From Dehalococcoidia bacterium (lineage in GTDB: Bacteria > Chloroflexota > Dehalococcoidia > Lucifugimonadales > G963665405): a stretch of 32,000 bases of DNA. Location of the stretch: assembly GCA_963665405.2 (NCBI GenBank), contig OY762261.2, positions 1,241,944-1,273,943 on the forward strand, read 5' to 3'. The notes under the pieces are model-generated. The model saw nothing but the letters and a program-made list of their open reading frames with translations. It searched no databases and had not been told where the DNA came from. This document shows positions 17,670-27,181 of the stretch, piece after piece. Numbering within the stretch: the first letter of the stretch is position 1; each line of letters opens with the position of its first letter. The position numbers were made by a program, and so were the translations under genes.

Positions 17670-18544
17670 TGCCTGACTCCGGCCAGCCGAGGTACGTCTT
17701 TAGGGAGGACGACCACGCCATCGCTGTCGATCGCAAGGGACGGCGATACCTCGTCCAGCTTCGGGGCTCGGAGACCTTCCACACGCACGTGGGCAACTTC
17801 GCACACTCCGATGTCATAGGCCGGGTGGAGGGGAGCCGGATCACCACGTCCCGGGGGCACAGACTGCTCGTTCTGAAACCCTCGATGGCGGAGTTCACCA
17901 GGCTGATGCCCAGGATCGCTACTGTCATCTACCCCAAAGACCTGGGCGCCATCGTCGTTCACGGGGACATCTTCCCCGGCGCCTCGGTGCTCGAAGCCGG
18001 GGTTGGGTCGGGTGCCCTCACCATAGCGCTGCTGCGGGCCGTCGGAGAGTCCGGCAGCGTCGTGTCGTACGATGTCCGCAGCGACATGATCGAGCGGGCA
18101 CGGGCCAACGTCGAGGCCGCTGTTCCCCTCGGGTACGATCTCACGCTGAAGATCGGCGACGTGTACCACGGTTTCGAGGAGAAGGAGCTTGACCGGATCG
18201 TCCTGGACCTGCCCGAGCCCTGGCGGGTCGTGCCGTACGCTTCGGAGGCCCTCGTCCCAGGCGGGGTGTTCCTGGGCTTTCTACCCACGGTCCCCCAGGT
18301 CAGCGACCTCGTCGGAGCCCTCCGCGCCGAGCGGACCTTCGACATGATCGAGACGATAGAGCTCCTGGAGAGGCCGTGGTCGATCGACGCCAGAAGCGTC
18401 CGTCCGTCCCATCGGATGGTCGGGCACACGGGATTTATCACGGCCGCGCGGAGGTGCGAGCCGGCGCCCAGACCGGCAGACACGGCGCCCCCGGACGAGG
18501 ATGAGGCCGCCGAGGCAGCGGAGCCGGAGGACGTGCCCGACTGA
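17669..18544 (+). CDS. trmI: tRNA (adenine(58)-N1)-methyltransferase TrmI/GCD14-like
   Basis: Contains PRIATVIYPKDLG, the SAM motif LEAGVGSGALT, and HTGFITAARR. The GTG start at 17669 shares one base with the peroxiredoxin TAG. The ORF-track extension from 17426 overlaps the peroxiredoxin and is rejected. Confidence 0.8.
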   Translation: MPDSGQPRYVFREDDHAIAVDRKGRRYLVQLRGSETFHTHVGNFAHSDVIGRVEGSRITTSRGHRLLVLKPSMAEFTRLMPRIATVIYPKDLGAIVVHGDIFPGASVLEAGVGSGALTIALLRAVGESGSVVSYDVRSDMIERARANVEAAVPLGYDLTLKIGDVYHGFEEKELDRIVLDLPEPWRVVPYASEALVPGGVFLGFLPTVPQVSDLVGALRAERTFDMIETIELLERPWSIDARSVRPSHRMVGHTGFITAARRCEPAPRPADTAPPDEDEAAEAAEPEDVPD

Positions 18545-18554
18545 CGGCGGGCTG

Positions 18555-19805
18555 TTACGGAGAGTCCTCGCCGCCCCCGGGCCAGAGGTAGCCCGGGTCC
18601 CAACCTGCGTGGGGATAGCGTCCCTTGAGCAGGGGGATGTGCTCCGTCCGCAGCAGCGGCGGCTCGGCGCCGGTGGTCTCGGCCTCGGCCGGTGGGAACA
18701 GCTCGGACAGGTGGTCCACCCCGCTGGCGCGCTCCTGGATCAAGACCCTGAAGCCACCCAGGCCCTCATGCTTGACCAGGTCTCGCATCGCCATAACGTT
18801 CGACTCATGCTCGGCCTGCGGCAGCCGCATCCGCCTAACCCTCGTCATCATCGCGTCAAACCCCAGCCGGCGCAGAAACTCGGACTGGGTGAGGAGTCCG
18901 AGGCGTCTCAGTCCCGCGGCCTCACCCTCGGTCGTGAGATATGAGAAGTCGACGTGCGCCATGATGTCCTGTCTGCCTATCCGCTCGTAGGGGCTCGCCG
19001 TCTCCGTGTGGCGGAAGTAGGTCTTTAGGGTACCCTTGCTCCTCGAGGGCGCGTAAAGCTCGGCCGCCTCGTAGCCGTAGTCGATCGTCAGCACGAACCC
19101 CATTTTTAGGGCGTCGGCGACGGACCTCATCCAAATTCCGCTCTCCAGGCACACCTCGCCCTCGAAACTCTCAGGAAGCGCAGACCGGACGCCTCGAAGC
19201 CGCTGCTCGATCTCGGGCGAAGAGGGGTCGCCCAGAACCTCGGTAAGCTCCCCGTTTTCGACGGCCAGGAAGACCTCGCGGACCGAGCCGTTCTCTACGC
19301 GGAAGCGATGGGTCGGCATGGCGTCGACCAGCTCGTTAGACAGCAGGCAGCCGACCACGCTGCCAACCGGGACCCGTTCGGAGACGAGCCGGTCCAGACC
19401 CTGTGACCAGCCGTCTGACGGGGCGTAACGATCCACCGCGACGTAGCGCAGGGCGGCCGCGAACTCGGGAGCCGCCCGCTCTGCGTACTCGATGGCGTCA
19501 CGGGCAAGCAGGCCGGAGCCCGCTCCCATCTCGACGGCGTGGAAGGGGTGAGGGCGGCCGAGGAGCTCCCACATGCCCTCGAGGTGGATGGCGATAAGGG
19601 CCCCAAATGCCGGGTGTGCCGAAGGACTGGTGTAGTAGTCGCCCCCGGCCCCAACCGCTCCGGCCCTGGAGTAGTATCCGCCGCTGGGATGGTACAGAGC
19701 GACCGAGACGAACTCGGCAAAAGTGATCTGTCCTCGACCCGCGATCAGGGTCCTGATCTCAGCCTCGGGCGTGTCCTCCACCGGTCGGAGACCTCGCGAA
19801 ACCAA
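18555..19805 (-). CDS. MidA/NDUFAF7-family class I SAM-dependent methyltransferase (DUF185)
   Basis: ITFAEFVSVALYHPSGGYY, GDYYTSP..HPAFG, and VEMGAGSGLLARD. The start is uncertain: TTG 19805 lies inside a terminator-like hairpin, while GTG 19781 has a gaggt SD. Confidence 0.75.
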   Translation of the reverse strand: MVSRGLRPVEDTPEAEIRTLIAGRGQITFAEFVSVALYHPSGGYYSRAGAVGAGGDYYTSPSAHPAFGALIAIHLEGMWELLGRPHPFHAVEMGAGSGLLARDAIEYAERAAPEFAAALRYVAVDRYAPSDGWSQGLDRLVSERVPVGSVVGCLLSNELVDAMPTHRFRVENGSVREVFLAVENGELTEVLGDPSSPEIEQRLRGVRSALPESFEGEVCLESGIWMRSVADALKMGFVLTIDYGYEAAELYAPSRSKGTLKTYFRHTETASPYERIGRQDIMAHVDFSYLTTEGEAAGLRRLGLLTQSEFLRRLGFDAMMTRVRRMRLPQAEHESNVMAMRDLVKHEGLGGFRVLIQERASGVDHLSELFPPAEAETTGAEPPLLRTEHIPLLKGRYPHAGWDPGYLWPGGGEDSP

Positions 19806-19835
19806 GAAGGGGCGCCGCCGTCAGGTCGCCCCTTC
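19797..19835 (-). terminator. Candidate intrinsic terminator after the small zinc-ribbon ORF
   Basis: The minus strand reads GAAGGGGCG-acctgacggcgg-CGCCCCTTC-ttggtttcg: a perfect 9-bp GC-rich stem followed by a T-rich run. Confidence 0.4.
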
Positions 19836-19873
19836 ACTGTCTGCCGTTTCGGAAACCGGCTGCGAGCCGGCCG

Positions 19874-20119
19874 CTACTTTCGTGCCTGCCGGGCCCTCCT
19901 GGCCTGAGGGCTCTCGCGGTCCCAGCCGGAGCCCTGGGTCGAGTTCTTGAACTCGTTCCGTTGCCCGCACAGCTTGCACGTGCCCTGACTCGTCGGCCCG
20001 TTAGGGCTGTCTATGAGCCAGTGATGCTTACATTCGATCAGCAGCTCCTGGGCTTCACTCAATGGCCGTCCCCTCTCCTCACGGTGTGCTTTCGGTGCCG
20101 TGTCTTGATGCCGACCCAT
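19874..20119 (-). CDS. Small hypothetical protein with CxHH...CxxC zinc-ribbon-like motif
   Basis: 81 aa, with ECKHHWLIDSPNGPTSQGTCKLCGQRNEF and a basic C-terminus. It has high GC3 and an SD-like gggag upstream. I cannot name a family. Confidence 0.45.
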   Translation of the reverse strand: MGRHQDTAPKAHREERGRPLSEAQELLIECKHHWLIDSPNGPTSQGTCKLCGQRNEFKNSTQGSGWDRESPQARRARQARK

Positions 20120-20199
20120 CGGGCTCGCCGCTCCCCGCTTGGGTCTATCTCCCCTGGTGCTGCCCGCAGTCCCTCGCCTCGATCAGCCTTTTCGCGATC

Positions 20200-21342
20200 T
20201 CAGCCCCTCTGGTCGATCGGGACGTATTCGACGTCCATCGGCCCTTCGTACAGCAGTCTCGGCCGCAGCAGTATGTTGTTGTCGAACTGCTCCATCACCT
20301 GCAGGGCCCATCCCGGAATGCGCCCCATGGCGAAGATCGAGATGAACAGGTCCTCCGGTATGTGGAGCAGATAGTAGATCGCGCCGGTCCAGAAGTCGAC
20401 GTTCTGGCTGACGCCCCTCCTCGCGTAAGGCTCCATGGCATCGGCGACCGCCTGAAGGATGGCAAACCATTTCGGCTGTCCCTTGCGGTCGCCCAGCGCC
20501 CTAGCGCCCTCTCTGAGGTGGACGGCTCTGGGATCGACAGACTTGTATACCCGGTGTCCGAAGCCCGTGACCCGGCCGCCCTCCTTGAGGAGTTTCTTCA
20601 CATAATCAGCTGCGTTCGCTTCGTCGCCGATCTCGAGCGCCATCTGCATGACGGCCTCGGCCGCGCCTCCGTGGGCCGGACCCTTCAGCGTCGCGATGCC
20701 GGCGGTAACGGCAGAGTGCAGATCGGCCACGGTCGACGCACAGATCCGGGCGGCGAACGACGAAGCGTTGAGACCGTGTTCGGCGTGGAGAACGAAGTCC
20801 TTGTCCACGAGTGCGGCGTCAACGAGGTCGGGCGGCTCGCCGGAGATCATATAGAGGAAGTTGGCCGCGTGACTCAGGCTGTTGTCGGGGGCGACGATCT
20901 CCCTGCCGCTTCGCAGTCGCTCGTGCACTGCCACGACGGTCGGAGCCGCCGCTGTCAGCCTTATCGCCTTCCGCAGCGTGGCATCCGTTGAGTTGTCCCC
21001 GACCTCCGGGTCAAAGGTGGCCATCGCCGAAAGAGCCGTCCGCAGGACGTCCATCGGGTGGCCGGATGCGACCAGCCTGATGATCTCGACGACGGCGTCG
21101 GAAAGCTGCCGGTTCGCCTTGAGCTGGGCATCGAACTGATCGAGCTGGCTTCGAGTCGGGAGCGAACCATAGAGGAGGAGGTAGCTCGTCTCCTCAAACG
21201 TGGAGCTCTCCGCCAACTGGTGGATGTTGTAGCCGCGGTAGAGGAGCTTCCCGGCTTTGCCGTCGATGAAGCTTGACTGGGTTCGGTCGATGTACACGTC
21301 GCGAAGGCCGCGGCGAATCTCGACCTTCCCCGTTGGGACCAT
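20200..21342 (-). CDS. gltA: Citrate synthase
   Basis: LLYRGYNI..L, GFGHRVYK, and a length of 380 aa. An SD (ggaggag) is present. Confidence 0.9.
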   Translation of the reverse strand: MVPTGKVEIRRGLRDVYIDRTQSSFIDGKAGKLLYRGYNIHQLAESSTFEETSYLLLYGSLPTRSQLDQFDAQLKANRQLSDAVVEIIRLVASGHPMDVLRTALSAMATFDPEVGDNSTDATLRKAIRLTAAAPTVVAVHERLRSGREIVAPDNSLSHAANFLYMISGEPPDLVDAALVDKDFVLHAEHGLNASSFAARICASTVADLHSAVTAGIATLKGPAHGGAAEAVMQMALEIGDEANAADYVKKLLKEGGRVTGFGHRVYKSVDPRAVHLREGARALGDRKGQPKWFAILQAVADAMEPYARRGVSQNVDFWTGAIYYLLHIPEDLFISIFAMGRIPGWALQVMEQFDNNILLRPRLLYEGPMDVEYVPIDQRG

Positions 21343-21559
21343 CGATTCTCCTCCCCAATCCCGCCGTGGCGGCAGGCACCCACTTCACCGACAAGCCTCA
21401 GGGAAAACTGAGCCTCTGCGGATGGCCCTCCGCACGTCAACACAGCGGCGCCGGGACTTTTCAGACCCGGCGGATGAGCACGCAAAGTCTAGCACTCCGC
21501 GTCGGGGGTGTCAAACAGCCCCGAACTGGGTAATACACGGCTCTCTCGGGTCATGCCGG

Positions 21560-21577
21560 TAGTGCCATCCTTCACAA
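21560..21577. promoter_or_regulatory. Weak candidate Rex operator upstream of rex
   Basis: TAGTGCC-atcc-TTCACAA versus the consensus TTGTGAA-N4-TTCACAA. The right half matches 7/7 and the left half 4/7. Confidence 0.25.
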
Positions 21578-21589
21578 TCAATCGGGGGA

Positions 21590-22273
21590 GTGGTATCGTA
21601 TTGCCCAGAATCCGATCAGGTTCGGGAGGCCCTGAGCGCCCCCATGGAAACGCTTGGAACCCCAGAGGTCGTAGTCCAGCGGCTACCGCTATACGTCAGG
21701 GCGCTGACGCAGCTGCAGTCGGAGAGCAAGCTGGTGGTCAGCTCCCAGCAGCTCGGCAGCCGGCTCCAGATGACCCCCGCTCAGATCAGGAAGGACTTGA
21801 GCTACTTTGGAAGATTCGGAAAGCAGGGCAGAGGCTACCACGTAGAGTTTCTGCTGGCAGAGCTGCGCCAGATCCTCGGCATCGATCGGAAGTGGAACGC
21901 ATGCGTAGTGGGGTTGGGGCGGCTGGGTCGAGCTATCGTCAACTACGCGGGGTTCGCACCGGAGGGTTTCCGCATCGTTGCCGTGTTCGACAACGACCCG
22001 GAGCAGATCGGTCAGACGATCGGCGAGCTGACCGTCCAGCCCACAAGCAGGCTGGGCCTGGCTGTCCAGGAGCACGATATCAGTATCGCGATCGTCGCGG
22101 TTCCCGCCACCGCGGCCCAGGCGGTCATCGACCAGGTGGTCAGGGCTCGTGTGCGGGGGATTCTCAACTACGCGCCGACAGCGCCTCACGTACCGCCGGG
22201 GGTGGTGCTGAGCAGCATCGACCCGGTGCTGTCGCTCCAGTCGATGACCTACTACCTGCTTCGTGGCGGCTAG
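21590..22273 (+). CDS. rex: Redox-sensing transcriptional repressor Rex
   Basis: The winged-helix part (RLPLYVRAL...QIRKDLSYFG.FGK.G.GY) plus a Rossmann domain (VGLGRLGRAIVNY). An alternative start is ATG 21644. Confidence 0.9.
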   Translation: MVSYCPESDQVREALSAPMETLGTPEVVVQRLPLYVRALTQLQSESKLVVSSQQLGSRLQMTPAQIRKDLSYFGRFGKQGRGYHVEFLLAELRQILGIDRKWNACVVGLGRLGRAIVNYAGFAPEGFRIVAVFDNDPEQIGQTIGELTVQPTSRLGLAVQEHDISIAIVAVPATAAQAVIDQVVRARVRGILNYAPTAPHVPPGVVLSSIDPVLSLQSMTYYLLRGG

Positions 22274-22315
22274 TTTTCTCGACAGGGGCCGTTGGGGCGC
22301 TGGTGATCGAGGACC

Positions 22316-22744
22316 CTATCCTGCGCCGGGGGGCGGCCCGGTCCGGCGAGTGCGCCTGCGCCGGGAGACCAGCAGACGAGCCTGCGACCTCCTGATAGAT
22401 GCCAGAGCCCGCTCCAGATCCATTGCTGCTGGAGCCGCGGTGACCTTCTCCTGCGCCCTCTTGAGGGCCGCCTCCGCACGCTCCTCGTCGATGTCCTCGG
22501 CATACTCGGCGGTGTCGGCGAGGACGGTGATTTTGTTCCCCAGCACCTCGAGGAACCCGCCTGTGACAGCTACGTAGCTGTCTTCCCCATCCTTGCCGAC
22601 GCGTAGCTCGCCGGGCTTCAGCACGGTCAGGAGAGGGGCGTGGCGAGGCAGCACCGTGAGCTCTCCGAGCATCCCGGGCACGACTACCTTGTCCACCTCT
22701 TCCGAGTAGACCTGTTTCTCAGCGGTTACGATCTCAAGATGCAT
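22316..22744 (-). CDS. atpC: F-type ATP synthase epsilon subunit
   Basis: MHLEIVTAEKQVYSEEVDKVVVPG..GELTVLPRHAPLLT.LKPGELRV...GGFLEV. It is separated from atpD by the inserted cassette. Confidence 0.9.
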   Translation of the reverse strand: MHLEIVTAEKQVYSEEVDKVVVPGMLGELTVLPRHAPLLTVLKPGELRVGKDGEDSYVAVTGGFLEVLGNKITVLADTAEYAEDIDEERAEAALKRAQEKVTAAPAAMDLERALASIRRSQARLLVSRRRRTRRTGPPPGAG

Positions 22745-22760
22745 AGGCTCTTCCTGTCGA

Positions 22761-23468
22761 TTATTTTATGCTCATGGCCAACTGCCTGACTCTCTCTGGT
22801 GGCCTCGATGCAGCATCTTCCAATGCCCTACTGAGATCACTCTGACGTTTCAATGGGATCGCCGACGCTTGCAGGAGCTTTCGATTGCCCTCGCGTCCGG
22901 CCATCTGCTTCGAGTATGCGATAGCCCAAAGCGGCTTCCCCTGGCGCACACATTCAAGGGCGGCGTTGATAGTGCCACCAGTTTCTCGAGCCTCAACCAC
23001 AAACACCCCCGAAGACAAGCCGACTATCAACTTATTCCGCTCCATAGCCCGCCACGACTTCCACACTGCTTCGGGCTCAAACATTGAGACCGCTAGGAAG
23101 TTCCGCGTTAGATCAGCGCTTGGCCTGAGTTCCCGTATTAGCCTAAACGCGTTTACCCCCTCAGGAAGGACGGCGATTGTAGCTCCCCCGGCCTCAAGCG
23201 CCCCCTTGTGAGCCTGTCGGTCAACCCCACGAGCATAGCCACTGATCACGACGAGACCCTGTCTTGTGGCTTCGCATCCGAACTTAAACGCATACGTCAA
23301 CGCTTCAACTGACGCGTCGCGAGACCCGCAGATGCCTATCCCCTGTCTACTCAACAAATCTACGTTCCCGACAGCAAACAACTGGGCGCCAGCCAGTAGG
23401 TTTCTCAGACCCTCTGGATATTTTGAATGGGTCGGCGGAATAACAGAATACTCCGGGGTCATTGCCAT
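22761..23468 (-). CDS. Stand-alone DprA/Smf-like Rossmann-fold (SLOG superfamily) protein
   Basis: GICGSRDAS, VVISGYARGVDRQAHKGALEAGGATIAVLPEGV, and ERNKLIVGLSSGVFVVEARETGGT match the DprA core. It lacks the N-terminal SAM and C-terminal winged-helix extensions (235 aa). The start ATGGCAATGA overlaps the stop of the upstream gene. GC is lower than in the flanks. Confidence 0.75.
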   Translation of the reverse strand: MAMTPEYSVIPPTHSKYPEGLRNLLAGAQLFAVGNVDLLSRQGIGICGSRDASVEALTYAFKFGCEATRQGLVVISGYARGVDRQAHKGALEAGGATIAVLPEGVNAFRLIRELRPSADLTRNFLAVSMFEPEAVWKSWRAMERNKLIVGLSSGVFVVEARETGGTINAALECVRQGKPLWAIAYSKQMAGREGNRKLLQASAIPLKRQSDLSRALEDAASRPPERVRQLAMSIK

Positions 23469-24331
23469 CGCTCCATCGACAGGTTGAGCCCTCCCCTAGC
23501 GAACCTCGCGTCTTTCGCTGCGGTCAATCCAAAGACTCTGCTGGCGCCGGCTTCGTGCAGAGCTCGGCCGACTTCCCTAATCGTACCACCCGAACCAATC
23601 GTGTCGTCGATGATGAGTACGCTGACACCCGACTGGAGCGGTTCTACCTCCACGCTATTGGCCACCCGACTGGCCGACGCGTCCTCGCTCTCAGTCTCAC
23701 CGAGTTCCTTTTGCGGACCAGTCTGCCTAGTCTTCCGGGCTCGCAGAAGCCGTAGGCCGAGTGTATCTGCGATTTCTTGCGTCCACACCCCGGCGAGATC
23801 AGGCGTGCTGGCGACCGACTTTGGCGCTGCAACTATGCAGTCGACGTGCCTCAACCTCGGATGCTGCGACACAAAAGTCTCCAACTTGCCTCGGAGGGCC
23901 ATCATCGCGGCTTGCTCACGTTGGTATTTGGCTCGATGGATGAGGTTCCCTAGAGCTGCTTGCTGACGTTCCCCGTCCTCGAACGTCGTGTATGGGCCCA
24001 ACGCGTAACAATCCTCCACAGGCGGGTACAGATTGACGAATATGACCGAGCTCAACAGTTCGAGTAAACCCCTAAGTTGGGACTCGTGCGTTACACCCGA
24101 GAGAGTAAACGTCCGACCAGACCACGACAACTCGGTAGAGACTGACTGAGTGAATCCTGACCCTTTCAGTACGTCTTCGAGATTCACTTGTCCTTCAATG
24201 CTTAGTTCGAGTTGGTACTCACCCGGGCCTGTCCGAGTCAAACCATAGTTATGAAAGCAGCCGCAAAGAGGCATATCCACCAGAACGCATGTGCTATACT
24301 GCATGATCTCAGGATTCGGGCGGACTGTCAA
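23459..24331 (-). CDS. ComF/GntX-like phosphoribosyltransferase-domain protein with uncharacterised N-terminal domain
   Basis: The C-terminal PRPP loop VSVLIIDDTIGSGGTIREVGRALHEAGA and ComF-like spacing (HRAKYQ...VDCIVAAPKS...RKTRQTGPQKEL). About 140 N-terminal aa are unassigned (CVLVDMPLCGCFH). The start is ambiguous: TTG 24331 or ATG 24304. Confidence 0.7.
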   Translation of the reverse strand: MTVRPNPEIMQYSTCVLVDMPLCGCFHNYGLTRTGPGEYQLELSIEGQVNLEDVLKGSGFTQSVSTELSWSGRTFTLSGVTHESQLRGLLELLSSVIFVNLYPPVEDCYALGPYTTFEDGERQQAALGNLIHRAKYQREQAAMMALRGKLETFVSQHPRLRHVDCIVAAPKSVASTPDLAGVWTQEIADTLGLRLLRARKTRQTGPQKELGETESEDASASRVANSVEVEPLQSGVSVLIIDDTIGSGGTIREVGRALHEAGASRVFGLTAAKDARFARGGLNLSMERWQ

Positions 24332-24352
24332 GCGCGGACCGAGCCGCCGGCC

Positions 24353-25765
<1,413 letters not shown>

Positions 25766-25883
25766 CTACGCCGGCTCCGCAGGTCGTCTGCGACTCCTGC
25801 ACCGGCTTCCCCTCTTACAGGGAGGAAATAGGGTATCGATCTCTGGGGGACGGCCGTTCGACAGGCTCGTCCAAATCAACATG

Positions 25884-26744
25884 CTAGCCTTCGACACCGG
25901 CGACACCACCTACGATGTCGAGCAGCTCGCTCGTGATCGCCTCCTGCCGGACCTTGTTCATCACCAGCGTAAGGTCGGTCGCCATGGCGTCGGCGTTGTC
26001 GGTGGCGCTGCGCATGGCCACCATGCGTGCGGACTGCTCGCTGGCCACGGCCTCCAGAACGGCATGGAAGAGCTGATTCTCCACGTACCTCGGCAGCAGG
26101 GCGGACATGACATCACTGGCGTCGGGCTCGTAGATGTAGCCGACGGCGTCCTGGGGTCTCAGCTCGGCCGGCACGACCGGCAGCAGCGGGACGATCTCCG
26201 GGCGCTGCACCGTCGTGTTGACGAACCGGGCGTAGATGACGTATACCGCGTCGACGCGTCCGTCGCTGTAGTCGTCGATGACGACGCGGGCTATGGGAGT
26301 GACGTCGGTAAGCGCGGGACGGTCCCCGAGATCGGTGAAGACGGCGCGGACGTCCGACGTGTGGCGGGTCATGAAGTCCCGCCCCTTCTTGCCGACGGCT
26401 ACGACCGAGACGTGGGCGGTCTGGTCGACGAGAAACTGTCCGGCCGCGCGATTGAGGTTCGTGTTCAGGCCGCCGGTAAGGCCGCGGTCCGGTGTGATCT
26501 CGACGAGCGCGATGTTTTCCACCTCGCGGCGGCGCAGAAGCGGGTGGACGTCCTCGTCGTCCTGGCGCTGCGCCGCGAGATCGGCCAGGAGGTCGCGCAT
26601 CAGATCGGAGTACGGCCTGCCCCGCGTCGCCATCTCCTGCGCCCGCCGCATCTTCGAGGCTGCGATCATCGACATGGCCTTGGTGATCTTGGCCGTGTTC
26701 TGGACGCTGCGGATCCGGCGCTTGATCTGTCTTACGTTGGCCAA
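25884..26744 (-). CDS. atpG: F-type ATP synthase gamma subunit
   Basis: MANVRQIKRRIRSVQNTAKITKAM.MIAASKMRRAQ and C-terminal ITSELLDIVGG. The start is TTG. Confidence 0.92.
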   Translation of the reverse strand: MANVRQIKRRIRSVQNTAKITKAMSMIAASKMRRAQEMATRGRPYSDLMRDLLADLAAQRQDDEDVHPLLRRREVENIALVEITPDRGLTGGLNTNLNRAAGQFLVDQTAHVSVVAVGKKGRDFMTRHTSDVRAVFTDLGDRPALTDVTPIARVVIDDYSDGRVDAVYVIYARFVNTTVQRPEIVPLLPVVPAELRPQDAVGYIYEPDASDVMSALLPRYVENQLFHAVLEAVASEQSARMVAMRSATDNADAMATDLTLVMNKVRQEAITSELLDIVGGVAGVEG

Positions 26745-26770
26745 AAGGCTGTCCTCGTGCCGTTGGTCGG

Positions 26771-26878
26771 GAAGGGCTGGTTCAGAGGCAGCCCCACCCC
26801 TTTTGAAGGGGGGGAAAAGGATTACTGAGGGACACCCTCAGACTCCCGGCAGACGGGCTACGCCCCTCTGCACTCCCC
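26771..26878 (+). repeat. Composite hairpin repeat, copy D (full length, H3 type 2)
   Basis: gaagggctggttcagaggcagCCCCaCCCCttttgaaGGGGGGGaaaaggattaCTGAGGGacaCCCTCAGactcccggcagacgggctacgcccctctgcactcccc. Confidence 0.85.
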
Positions 26879-26916
26879 GGTCTCCGTCTAGATTCTATCT
26901 AGGGGCTAACGAGCGA

Positions 26917-26950
26917 CAGCCCCGCCCCTTCTACAGCCCCGCCCCTTCTT
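26917..26950 (+). repeat. Tandem direct duplication of a 17-mer
   Basis: cagccccgccccttcta followed immediately by cagccccgccccttctt. The second unit forms the 5' arm of copy E. Confidence 0.85.
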
Positions 26951-27018
26951 AAGGGGGAGATTACTGAGGGACACCCTCAGACTCCTCGCAATCCCGACTT
27001 GTCGGGATCTGTACTCCC
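26934..27018 (+). repeat. Composite hairpin repeat, copy E (H1+H2+H3 type 1)
   Basis: cagccccgCCCCTTcttAAGGGGgagattaCTGAGGGacaCCCTCAGactcctcgcaATCCCGActtgTCGGGATctgtactccc. Confidence 0.85.
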
Positions 27019-27045
27019 GCGCTTCGTCTAAACACCGTTTGTCGC

Positions 27046-27152
27046 GAAGGGCTGGTTCAGTGATAGCCCCCCCTTTGAACTAGGGGACAGGGATTACTGA
27101 GGGACACCCTCAGACTCCGCGCAATCCCGACCTGTCGGGATCTGCACTCCCC
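27046..27152 (+). repeat. Composite hairpin repeat, copy F (full length, H3 type 1)
   Basis: gaagggctggttcagtgatagccccccctttgaactaggggacagggattaCTGAGGGacaCCCTCAGactccgcgcaATCCCGAcctgTCGGGATctgcactcccc. Its 5' end is identical to that of copy D. Confidence 0.85.
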
Positions 27153-27181
27153 ACAGTACCCCGTACCCTAAGCCCCATACC

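Noticed and set aside
22754-24328. A 5-nt ctgtc near both cassette boundaries (22754..22758 and 24324..24328) as a target-site duplication.
   Set aside because: It is too short to distinguish from chance, it is not positioned symmetrically at the exact junctions, and no terminal inverted repeats accompany it.
24290-24331. TTGACA-17 nt-GATCAT as a confident cassette promoter.
   Set aside because: The -35 is perfect, but the -10 matches only 4/6. The element overlaps the two candidate start codons of the PRTase gene, so both interpretations cannot hold at once. It is mentioned in a finding but not listed as a feature.
26771-27152. Possible CRISPR array, since three repeats are spaced along the atpA-atpG spacer.
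   Set aside because: The repeat units are about 85-108 nt, imperfect and of unequal length. The intervening segments are irregular and partly repeat-derived. There are no cas genes, and copies of the same element are dispersed singly elsewhere in the window.
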